Of a stretch of 64,000 nt of DNA, positions 50,615-58,654 are shown piece after piece. Position numbers and translations under genes: made by a program. Source of the DNA: Arcobacteraceae bacterium (lineage in GTDB: Bacteria; Campylobacterota; Campylobacteria; Campylobacterales; Arcobacteraceae). Positions within the stretch are counted from its first letter, which is position 1, and every line of letters starts with the position of its first letter. The stretch is from the NCBI GenBank assembly GCA_963662945.1, contig OY759974.1:2144001-2208000 (forward strand). Direction: 5' to 3'. The notes under the pieces were generated by a model, which saw only the letters and a list, made by a program, of their open reading frames with translations, made no database searches and was not told where the DNA came from.

Positions 50615-51349
50615 ATGCATAGTATAAGCATATTAGGAAGCGGTTGGCTTGGGTTTCCTTTGGCAAAAGAGTTATCTGCAAAGTACGATATAAAACTAAC
50701 AACTAAAACAAAAAGTAAAATAGCTGGTTTAGTTTTTAAAAACATAGAACCATATTTAATAGATATAGATAATCTTTCTCAAACTATTGAAGAGTTTTTA
50801 GAAGCGGATATTTTGATTATCAATATACCATCAAAAAATATTGAGGCTTTTAAAAATTTAGCCCAAGATGTAAAAAAATCACAAATAAAAAAGTTGATTT
50901 TTATAAGTTCAACTAGTGCATGTAGAGATGAGAAAAGTTCCCTTTTAAAGATAGAAAAAATATTTCAAAATATTGATAAACAAACTACTATTTTACGCTT
51001 TGGTGGACTTATCGGATATGGAAGAAACCCAGCAAACTTTTTTAAAAACAATAAAATAGTACCAAATCCACAAACACCTGTAAATATGATACATAGAGAT
51101 GATTGTATCTGTATCATACAAGAGATTTTAAAACAAGATGTTTTTGATGAGGTTTTTAATTGTTGTAGTCCTACCCATCCTACAAAAAAAGAGTTTTATA
51201 CTTATTGTGCTATATCTTCTTGTTTGCCTATTCCTACTTTTGATACAGTAGAAAACAAAGAGCAATATACTATAATTTCAACTGAGAAACTAATAGATAA
51301 ATTAAACTACCAATTCATCCATCCTGATTTGATGAAAATACAACTATAA
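50615..51349 (+). CDS. NAD(P)-dependent epimerase/dehydratase (YeeZ-like SDR)
   Basis: ILGSGWLG, FISSTS, ILRFGGLIG, PVNMIHRDD. Confidence 0.85.
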   Translation: MHSISILGSGWLGFPLAKELSAKYDIKLTTKTKSKIAGLVFKNIEPYLIDIDNLSQTIEEFLEADILIINIPSKNIEAFKNLAQDVKKSQIKKLIFISSTSACRDEKSSLLKIEKIFQNIDKQTTILRFGGLIGYGRNPANFFKNNKIVPNPQTPVNMIHRDDCICIIQEILKQDVFDEVFNCCSPTHPTKKEFYTYCAISSCLPIPTFDTVENKEQYTIISTEKLIDKLNYQFIHPDLMKIQL

Positions 51350-51359
51350 AAGAGTAACA

Positions 51360-51803
51360 ATGAAAGTAAAATATATAAAAAAACTGATGATCTCAGGTAT
51401 CAGTGTAACTACAAACAATACAAATGAGATGAATGAAGAGACACAAAAGATAGCACCACTTTGGGAGAAATATGACACAGAAAATATTTATGCAAAAACT
51501 TTCAATAAAGCAAATGATTCTAGTTTTTATGGGGTGTATTCTAATTATGTTTCAGATTTCAATGGTGACTATGATGTAACAGTTGGGGTGGAAGTAACAA
51601 CGCCAAAAAATGCAATAATCATAGAAGATGAAAGATACTTAGTATTTACAAAACAAGGGGAACTTCCAGATGTTGCTTTTGAAGCTTGGCAGGAGGTATG
51701 GGATTATTTTGCAAACAATAGTGAATATGAAAGAAAATATACGGTAGATTTTGAAAAGTATTCAAAAGAAGATGAGATAGAGATTTATATAGCTATCAAA
51801 TAA
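51360..51803 (+). CDS. GyrI-like small-molecule-binding protein
   Basis: GISVTTNN, YGVYSNY, AWQEVW, RKYTVDFEKY, IEIYIAI. Confidence 0.8.
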   Translation: MKVKYIKKLMISGISVTTNNTNEMNEETQKIAPLWEKYDTENIYAKTFNKANDSSFYGVYSNYVSDFNGDYDVTVGVEVTTPKNAIIIEDERYLVFTKQGELPDVAFEAWQEVWDYFANNSEYERKYTVDFEKYSKEDEIEIYIAIK

Positions 51804-51816
51804 AGGGTAAGACTAG

Positions 51817-52416
51817 ATGTCTATAGAGATAAAAGACCATGCTGATATTTTTGCAGAAGAATTTACAGAGTTAAAACTTCACGGACAAAAGATAAAATAT
51901 GCTGAATTTGAAGAGTGTACTTTTAAGTCATGTGATTTTAGCCAAACTACTTTTTTAGCTTGTAGATTTATAGATTGTTATTTTCATAACTGTAATCTTA
52001 GTGTTGTAAAACTCACAGATACAAAACTTGGAAATGTTGAATTTATCTCTTCAAAACTCATAGGAATTGATTGGACTATGTGTGATTGGAAAAGTTTATT
52101 GGGTGATAAAAGATTAAGTTTTTATGAGTCTATCTTGGATGGAAGTAATTTTTATGGATTGAATATAGATAGAATTATTTTAAAAAATTCTCAGGTTAAA
52201 GATGTAGATTTCCGTGGATGTTCTATGAAAAATGGTAATTTACAAGGAAGTGATTTTCATAGAAGTGTATTTGAAAATACATATCTTGAATATAGTAATT
52301 TTACAGATGCTAAAAATATATCTTTGAAAATTTGTGCAAATCATTTTAAAGAAACTATTCTGCCACACTTTGAAGCACTTAATTTACTTGAATCACAAGG
52401 CATTATCTTAAATTGA
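51817..52416 (+). CDS. Pentapeptide-repeat protein
   Basis: Tandem (A/C/S)-(D/N/T)-(F/L)-x-x repeats, SKLIGIDW. Confidence 0.85.
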   Translation: MSIEIKDHADIFAEEFTELKLHGQKIKYAEFEECTFKSCDFSQTTFLACRFIDCYFHNCNLSVVKLTDTKLGNVEFISSKLIGIDWTMCDWKSLLGDKRLSFYESILDGSNFYGLNIDRIILKNSQVKDVDFRGCSMKNGNLQGSDFHRSVFENTYLEYSNFTDAKNISLKICANHFKETILPHFEALNLLESQGIILN

Positions 52417-52485
52417 AAAAATGTAATAAACTTCTATGGAATAGATAATGTAGTACTTTTAGAATAAAATCTATAAGGAGTCACT

Positions 52486-52686
52486 ATGCAACATCATGTA
52501 GTAGTAGAAAAATTGTGCGGTTGTGCAAAAAGAAAGAATATGCCTCAGATTAAAACATTTGAAGATAAAGAAAGTGCTTTGAAAGTAGCACGAGCATGGG
52601 CTCAAGAGTTAAATAATACTTTTTGCGGAGAGCATGAATTTAATGTAGTTGAAGTAGATGACAACTATGTTATCTCTGTGAGTTAA
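52486..52686 (+). CDS. Small Cys/His protein (66 aa)
   Basis: AAGGAG RBS; CGC and FCGEH motifs. Confidence 0.75.
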   Translation: MQHHVVVEKLCGCAKRKNMPQIKTFEDKESALKVARAWAQELNNTFCGEHEFNVVEVDDNYVISVS

Positions 52687-52764
52687 GTTATTCTTTTGAA
52701 ATACAATTTAAACTAAATTTAAGTTTAAGTTATGTAAAGTTTCACAAATTAACAAGGAGAAAAC

Positions 52765-52854
52765 ATGAAAAATAGATTTACAACACAATCATACTTTATG
52801 CAAAGTGCAAGTACAAAAGAAACTTCACTACTCCTTCTTCTCAACACACTCTAA
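52765..52854 (+). CDS. leuL: Leucine-rich leader peptide (attenuator uORF) of leuA
   Basis: AAGGAG RBS; MKNRFTTQSYFMQSASTKETSLLLLLNTL* with CTA CTC CTT CTT CTC..CTC. Confidence 0.8.
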   Translation: MKNRFTTQSYFMQSASTKETSLLLLLNTL

Positions 52855-52910
52855 TATTAAAATAGTAATTTTAATTTAAATCAAAACAAACAACATATAC
52901 GCAACATTAG

Positions 52911-52947
52911 TGTAAAACTTTACGGGCTATTGCCTTATAGTTCTACA
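52911..52947 (+). promoter_or_regulatory. Leader hairpin between leader peptide and leuA
   Basis: TGTAAAACTTTACGGGC-TATT-GCCTTATAGTTCTACA imperfect stem followed by AATTTTATT. Confidence 0.55.
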
Positions 52948-52979
52948 AATTTTATTATAATAATTTTAAGGAAAAAACC

Positions 52980-54281
52980 ATGAGTTTTAAAAAATATAGA
53001 CAATATCCTATTGTCAAAAATATAGTTCGCCAATGGCCAAATAACAGTATAACAAAAGCACCGATTTATTGTTCTGTGGATTTAAGAGATGGAAATCAAG
53101 CGTTAGTAAACCCATTGAGCGTAGAGCAAAAAGTGGAGTATTTTAACTATTTAGTTAAGATGGGATTTAAACACATAGAGGTAAGTTATCCAAGTGCTAG
53201 TGATACAGATTTTGCATTTACAAGAAAGATTATAGAAGAGGACTTAGTTCCTGATGATGTATATATTCAAGTATTAATCCCTGCACGAAAAGAATTGATA
53301 CAAAGAAGTGTAGAAGCATTAAGAGGTGCAAAAAAAGCGATATTTCATTTGTATAATCCCACAAATGAGTTTCAAAGAAAAGTAGTATTTCAAAAAACTG
53401 ATGATGAAATAATTGCTATGGCAGTTGAAGGAATAAAAGAGTTGAAAAGATTAACTGCTGATTTTGAGGGAGAAGTGATGTATGAATATACACCTGAAAG
53501 TTTTTCTCAAACTGATTTAGAATTTGCAAGTCAAATTTGTAATGCAGTAATAGATGTAGTACAACCAACACAACAAAATAAGATGATAATAAACTTGCCA
53601 AATACGTTAGAAGCGTGTACGCCAAATATCTATGCAGATAGAATAGAATGGATGTGTGCAAACTTGAATAAAAGAGAAAATATCTTAGTAAGTGTTCATC
53701 CACACAACGATAGAGGAACAGCCGTAGCCAGTGCTGAGATGGCTATATTAGCGGGAGCAGATAGAGTTGAGGGGACATTGTTTGGAAATGGTGAGAGAGC
53801 AGGGAACTTAGACTTAGTAACTTTGGCATTTAATATCTATTCGCAAGGGATAGACCCACAAATAAGATTAGATTTTATAGATGAAGTCAAAGAGTTTATA
53901 GAAAAAACAACGCAGATAAAAACACATATACGACACCCTTATGTGGGAGATATGATATTTACAGCTTTTAGTGGTGGTCATCAAGATGCTATCAAAAAAG
54001 GGTTTGATTTTTATAATCAAAGTGACAAAAAATATTGGAATGTACCCTATTTACCAATAGACCCAAAAGATATAAAAAGAGACTATGATAAAGTTGTCAG
54101 GATTAACTCACAGTCAGGAAAAGGTGGAGTAGCATTTATAATAAGCGAATTTTTCGGCAAAGAGATGACAAAGGATGAAGCCATAAAATTTGGAAAAATT
54201 GTCAAAGAAGCATCCGATAATCAAGGGGTAGAGTTAAGTAAAGAGGAGATTATATCTTTGTATAAGGGTATGAAAAACTAA
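52980..54281 (+). CDS. leuA: 2-isopropylmalate synthase (yeast/actinobacterial type), short form
   Basis: CSVDLRDGNQAL, HLYN, YTPESF, HPHNDRG, GNGERAGN, RINSQSGKGG; ends at 433 aa. Confidence 0.92.
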   Translation: MSFKKYRQYPIVKNIVRQWPNNSITKAPIYCSVDLRDGNQALVNPLSVEQKVEYFNYLVKMGFKHIEVSYPSASDTDFAFTRKIIEEDLVPDDVYIQVLIPARKELIQRSVEALRGAKKAIFHLYNPTNEFQRKVVFQKTDDEIIAMAVEGIKELKRLTADFEGEVMYEYTPESFSQTDLEFASQICNAVIDVVQPTQQNKMIINLPNTLEACTPNIYADRIEWMCANLNKRENILVSVHPHNDRGTAVASAEMAILAGADRVEGTLFGNGERAGNLDLVTLAFNIYSQGIDPQIRLDFIDEVKEFIEKTTQIKTHIRHPYVGDMIFTAFSGGHQDAIKKGFDFYNQSDKKYWNVPYLPIDPKDIKRDYDKVVRINSQSGKGGVAFIISEFFGKEMTKDEAIKFGKIVKEASDNQGVELSKEEIISLYKGMKN

Positions 54282-54345
54282 GCATTATATCTTTTATAAA
54301 AGATTAGATAAAATTTATAAAATATTATTTACAAAAAGGTGTAGT

Positions 54346-54627
54346 ATGGGTGTTTTTGTAATAGGACAGATAAAAATAAAAGATGAAAAAAAGTGGCTAG
54401 AATATAAAAGTAAAGTACAAAGTACACTTGAACCTTATGGTGCAAAGATTCTTATAAGAGGTTCTCATATAGACTCGTTTGTAGGAACACTTGAATATCC
54501 AGATGTGGTAATCATAGAGTTTGAAACAGAGCAAAAAGCACAAGAGTGGTACAACTCAGAGAGTTATCAAAGTATTGTACCTATAAGAGAAAAGGGTGCA
54601 GATATTATTTTGCATCTGTATCAATAG
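54346..54627 (+). CDS. DUF1330-family protein
   Basis: YGAKILIRG, VIIEFE, WYNSESYQ..R. Confidence 0.85.
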   Translation: MGVFVIGQIKIKDEKKWLEYKSKVQSTLEPYGAKILIRGSHIDSFVGTLEYPDVVIIEFETEQKAQEWYNSESYQSIVPIREKGADIILHLYQ

Positions 54628-54631
54628 ATAA

Positions 54632-54985
54632 ATGATTATGAATTTTAAAGAACTAGATAGCTATTTACTTTCAAAACAGGGTGCAACATTTGATTATCCT
54701 TTTGATGAGGTGGTGCGGGTGTATCGTGTGGGAAATAAGATGTTTGCACTTATGGTAGATGAAGAAAATCTCAGTATAAATCTAAAATGCGATCCTCTCT
54801 ATGCCCTCGAACTTCGCTCGATTTATGAGGGGATAAAAGCTGGATATCACATGAATAAAAAACATTGGAATACAGTAAGTGTCGGCGGCGATGTGGATGA
54901 TGAACTTCTAAAAGAACTTATAGACCATTCTTATGAGTTGGTTTATAACAAATTGCCAAAAAGAGAAAGGTTATTGATTGGATAA
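54632..54985 (+). CDS. MmcQ/YjbR-family DNA-binding protein
   Basis: YPFD, VGNKMFA, NLKCDP, GYHMNKKHWNTV, IDHSY. Confidence 0.9.
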   Translation: MIMNFKELDSYLLSKQGATFDYPFDEVVRVYRVGNKMFALMVDEENLSINLKCDPLYALELRSIYEGIKAGYHMNKKHWNTVSVGGDVDDELLKELIDHSYELVYNKLPKRERLLIG

Positions 54986-55058
54986 TTTTTAGTTAAAACT
55001 TTGCAAACCTGAACGAATTGTAATATAATAAGAAACCAACAATATGAAGGGGTCTATT

Positions 55059-55649
55059 ATGAAAAATGTTTTAATAATAAATGGTCACAAGTATTACAAA
55101 GGGATAGCTGAGGGAAAGCTAAATGGTGCATTTGTTCAAAAGGCAAAAGAGTTTTTTGAACAAAATGGTTTTGAGGTAAAACTTACAGAGATAGACAAAG
55201 GTTATGAGGTACAAGAGGAGCTTGAAAAGTTTTCTTGGGCTGATTATATTTTGTTTCAATACCCAACAAACTGGATGGGTGTACCTTGGATTACAAAAAA
55301 ATATATAGATGAGATATTTTCAGGTGGAGCTGGAACTGTTACCTATGCAAATGATGGAAGAAGTAGACATGACCCATCAAAGAGATATGGAACAGGTGGT
55401 TTAATGGGTGATAAAAAATATATGTTAAGTATCACATATAATTGTCCTGCTTGTGAATTTGATAACAAAGATGGTTTTTTTGAAGGATTAAGTGTTGATC
55501 AAGCTAATTATCTAGTACATAAAACATTTCAATTTTGTGGGATGCAACAGTTAGAAACATATTCTGTACACGATGTATTTAAAGGTGAGTTAAATATGGA
55601 AGAAGAATTAAAAAGATTTGAAGGAATACTTGCAAAAAATTTTTTATAA
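55059..55649 (+). CDS. mdaB: NAD(P)H-quinone reductase MdaB-like (copy 1)
   Basis: WADYILFQYP.WMGVPW.KKYIDE, DGRSR..YGTGGL, KYMLSITYN. Confidence 0.85.
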   Translation: MKNVLIINGHKYYKGIAEGKLNGAFVQKAKEFFEQNGFEVKLTEIDKGYEVQEELEKFSWADYILFQYPTNWMGVPWITKKYIDEIFSGGAGTVTYANDGRSRHDPSKRYGTGGLMGDKKYMLSITYNCPACEFDNKDGFFEGLSVDQANYLVHKTFQFCGMQQLETYSVHDVFKGELNMEEELKRFEGILAKNFL

Positions 55650-55685
55650 AATTTTTTACAATTTAAGTTAAGTGACTAAACTATT

Positions 55686-56057
55686 TTATGAACATAAAGT
55701 AGTTTTACATTTATTTTCATCTGTTATTTTTCCATGTGTAGATGTGTATGAAATTCCCCACTTATACATAGCTTCTAAAACAGGTTTAAGTTCTTTGCCA
55801 ATAGTTGTGAGAGAGTAAACAACTTTTGGAGGAACTTCTGGAAATACTTCTCTATTGATAATATTTTTTTCTTCTAACTCTTTGAGTTTTACTGTGAGCG
55901 TTTTTTGAGTAATTTCACTTATATCTTCGTGAAGCTCTTTAAATCTTTTATTGCCATCTAATAAATGCCAAATAATTGCTAACTTCCACCTATCATTAAA
56001 AACATCTAAAGTAACTGCAACCGAACATCTATACTCTTTATCATTAATATAATACAT
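55686..56057 (-). CDS. HxlR-family transcriptional regulator
   Basis: RWKLAIIWHL, RFKEL, ITQKTLT..LKELE, EVPPKVVYSLT. Confidence 0.9.
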   Translation of the reverse strand: MYYINDKEYRCSVAVTLDVFNDRWKLAIIWHLLDGNKRFKELHEDISEITQKTLTVKLKELEEKNIINREVFPEVPPKVVYSLTTIGKELKPVLEAMYKWGISYTSTHGKITDENKCKTTLCS

Positions 56058-56107
56058 AACTAAATCCTTATAATTGTTATTATAGCATAAAGAGAATAAA
56101 TCTTCAT

Positions 56108-56127
56108 TACTTACCTAAAGTAAAGTA
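56108..56127. promoter_or_regulatory. Candidate HxlR operator
   Basis: TACTTAC-CTAAA-GTAAAGTA imperfect inverted repeat in the divergent promoter region. Confidence 0.4.
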
Positions 56128-56178
56128 AGAGTAATTTAAGTTAATAATAAATATAATTTCACAAATAAGGAGTTTACA

Positions 56179-56769
56179 ATGAAAAAAGTTTTAATAATAA
56201 ATGCACATCAATATTATGAAAATATTGCAGAAGGAAAACTAACTCAACACTATATTGATAAAGCAAATGAATTTTGTACAGCAAATGGTTTTGAAGTAAA
56301 AAATACAGCTATAGATAAAGGCTATGATGTACAAGATGAGGTTGAAAAATTTGCTTGGGCGGATTATATTTTATTTCAATATCCTGTGTATTGGATGACT
56401 GTACCTTGGATCTCTAAAAAATATATTGATGAGGTATTTTCAACAGGTGTTGGAACTGTAACATACCAAAGTGATGGAAGAAGTAGAGATGATGCTTCTA
56501 AAAAGTATGGAAGTGGCGGTCTAATGACTGAAAAAAAATATATGTTAAGCCTTACATACAACTGTCCTACAAGTGAATTTAACAATAAAGATGGTTTTTT
56601 TGAAGGATTGAGTGTAGATGAAGCAAACTTTGCAGTGCATAAAACATTTCAATTTTGTGGTGCAAAACAGTTAGAAACTTACTCTGTACACGATATATTT
56701 AAAGGTGATTTAGATTTAGATAAAGAGTTAGAAAAATTTGAAAATATATTAAAAAAGAATTTTGTATAA
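56179..56769 (+). CDS. mdaB: NAD(P)H-quinone reductase MdaB-like (copy 2)
   Basis: Close paralog of 55059-55649. Confidence 0.85.
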   Translation: MKKVLIINAHQYYENIAEGKLTQHYIDKANEFCTANGFEVKNTAIDKGYDVQDEVEKFAWADYILFQYPVYWMTVPWISKKYIDEVFSTGVGTVTYQSDGRSRDDASKKYGSGGLMTEKKYMLSLTYNCPTSEFNNKDGFFEGLSVDEANFAVHKTFQFCGAKQLETYSVHDIFKGDLDLDKELEKFENILKKNFV

Positions 56770-56770
56770 A

Positions 56771-56788
56771 TAGCAATTTTTAGATTGT
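56771..56788 (+). promoter_or_regulatory. Repeated 18-bp promoter motif, copy 1
   Basis: TAGCAATTTTTAGATTGT, 19 nt before -10 TATCAT (56808). Confidence 0.75.
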
Positions 56789-56839
56789 TTTTCATTCAAA
56801 ATATCGATATCATTTCACGATTTAATAAAAAGGAAACAA

Positions 56840-57730
56840 ATGGAAAAAAGTGAAACCTCATATAAGTATTTTATAGGGATGACTATAGCTATGATACTAT
56901 GGGGTATCGCTTGGACTTCTGGAAAAGTGGCAGCTGAACATGCAAATGCACCAGTTGCAGCTTTTTGGCGTTATGCTATCTCTCTTATTACTATTATCCC
57001 TGTAATACTCTATTTGAAAGTATCATTGAAAACAAATAGAAGAGGTTACTTTTATATGGTTTTAGGGGGATTGTTTACTGCACTTTTTAATTATCTCTTT
57101 TTTAAAGGATTATCTCATGGAGCAGCTGGATATGGAGGTACTTTAGTAACGGCCATTGCTCCCATTATGACCTATTTTTTATCTGTACTTTTTTTTAAAA
57201 CTCCTATAACATCTCGACAAGTTTTTGCTTTATTTATAGGAATTATTGGAGCGATTGTTTTACTTCGTATACCATTTGATGGTTTGAGTTTTTTAAATGT
57301 AGATAGTTTATACTTTTTTGAGTGTGCAATTGTTTGGGCAATAGTGACCATCATTTCTCAAAAGGCTTCTTCATATGTTTCTCCACTTTTTTATACAATG
57401 GTTGTTTTTGCAATTGCAAGTATTATTAATATGTTATTTTCTTTTCCATATCACCCGTTTGCATTTTCTAGTTATGATTGGCTTTTTTGGTCAAATATTA
57501 TTTTTGTAGGGATATTACCAGGTACTTTTGCCACAACATTGTTTTTTCTTTCAGCTGGAAAAATTGGGGCTCATAGAACTGCTGTATTTATGTTTATTGT
57601 TCCTGTTGGTGCTATAGTTTCTAGCTTCATAGTATACAATGAAGTTATTGTACTTTCAACTATCATTGGATGTTTATTTGCTTTTGTGGCAGTAGTGTTG
57701 TTTAATATGAAAAAGAAGGTTGTTTTATAA
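56840..57730 (+). CDS. DMT/EamA-family transporter
   Basis: About 10 TM, ILWGIAW, AAFWRY, FMFIVPV. Confidence 0.88.
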   Translation: MEKSETSYKYFIGMTIAMILWGIAWTSGKVAAEHANAPVAAFWRYAISLITIIPVILYLKVSLKTNRRGYFYMVLGGLFTALFNYLFFKGLSHGAAGYGGTLVTAIAPIMTYFLSVLFFKTPITSRQVFALFIGIIGAIVLLRIPFDGLSFLNVDSLYFFECAIVWAIVTIISQKASSYVSPLFYTMVVFAIASIINMLFSFPYHPFAFSSYDWLFWSNIIFVGILPGTFATTLFFLSAGKIGAHRTAVFMFIVPVGAIVSSFIVYNEVIVLSTIIGCLFAFVAVVLFNMKKKVVL

Positions 57731-57732
57731 AT

Positions 57733-57750
57733 TAGCAATTTTTGGATTGT
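57733..57750 (+). promoter_or_regulatory. Repeated 18-bp promoter motif, copy 2
   Basis: TAGCAATTTTTGGATTGT, 19 nt before -10 TAAACT (57770). Confidence 0.75.
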
Positions 57751-57800
57751 ATTAAAATTTTAATTTTGTTAAACTTTTAAAAAATATTTGGAGTTCGTTA

Positions 57801-58637
57801 ATGAATAGTAGTTTAAAAACTTTAAATAACAACTACAAACAGATTGAAAAAGCTATTAAATATATAGATGAAAACTTTAAAGAACAACCTTCCATAGATG
57901 AGATAGCTCAAAATATTGGTATGAGTAAATACCATTTCATACGAGTGTTTAAAGAATATGTAGGTGTGACACCAAAACAGTTTTTACACTCTTTAACACT
58001 TAACTATGCAAAAGAACATATCAAAGAATCAAAATCTATCCTTGATAGTAGTTTGGATATTGGACTTTCAAGCACAAGCCGACTCCATGAACTTTTTGTA
58101 AACTTAATAGGGGTGACTCCAAAAGAGTATAGAGAAAAAGGGAAAAATGTAACTATAACTTATGGATATGGAGATACTCCTTTTGGAGAAGCACTACTTG
58201 CTTTTACATCTAAAGGTATCTGTTATCTTGGATTTATAGATAAAAATAAAGAGGAAAATTTTGATAGATTTTATGAAATTTGGGGCAATGCAAATCTCAT
58301 ACATGACAATGAAAAAGCAAAAGAGTATATAGAAAATATTTTTATTAAGAATAAAAAATATAATCTTTTAGTCAAAGGGACAAATTTTCAAGTGAATGTT
58401 TGGAAAGCTCTTTTAAATCTTCCAAATGGTGTAGTTACTACCTATCAAGATATGGCTAATTTTATTGAGAAACCAAAAGCAGTACGAGCAGTAGCAAGTG
58501 CTATAGGAAAAAATCACATAGGATATCTTATCCCTTGTCATAGAGTTATTGCAAAAAGTGGTGCAATGAGTGGATATAGATGGGGTGTGATGCGCAAAAA
58601 AATATTAATTGCCTATGAAGCTATCAATCAAAAGTAA
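57801..58637 (+). CDS. ada: Bifunctional AraC regulator / O6-methylguanine-DNA methyltransferase (Ada-like, no Zn-binding N-domain)
   Basis: QPSIDEIA..SKYHFIRVFK..GVTPK HTH; GTNFQVNVW, IPCHRVI active site. Confidence 0.88.
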   Translation: MNSSLKTLNNNYKQIEKAIKYIDENFKEQPSIDEIAQNIGMSKYHFIRVFKEYVGVTPKQFLHSLTLNYAKEHIKESKSILDSSLDIGLSSTSRLHELFVNLIGVTPKEYREKGKNVTITYGYGDTPFGEALLAFTSKGICYLGFIDKNKEENFDRFYEIWGNANLIHDNEKAKEYIENIFIKNKKYNLLVKGTNFQVNVWKALLNLPNGVVTTYQDMANFIEKPKAVRAVASAIGKNHIGYLIPCHRVIAKSGAMSGYRWGVMRKKILIAYEAINQK

Positions 58638-58654
58638 TATATTGTGAGGGTATA

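Noticed and set aside
28698-52416. Microcin/TOMM RiPP cluster from SagB, ThiF, pentapeptide and GyrI genes
   Set aside because: Genes are 20 kb apart with no YcaO, precursor peptide or dedicated exporter; stand-alone SagB-like nitroreductases are common
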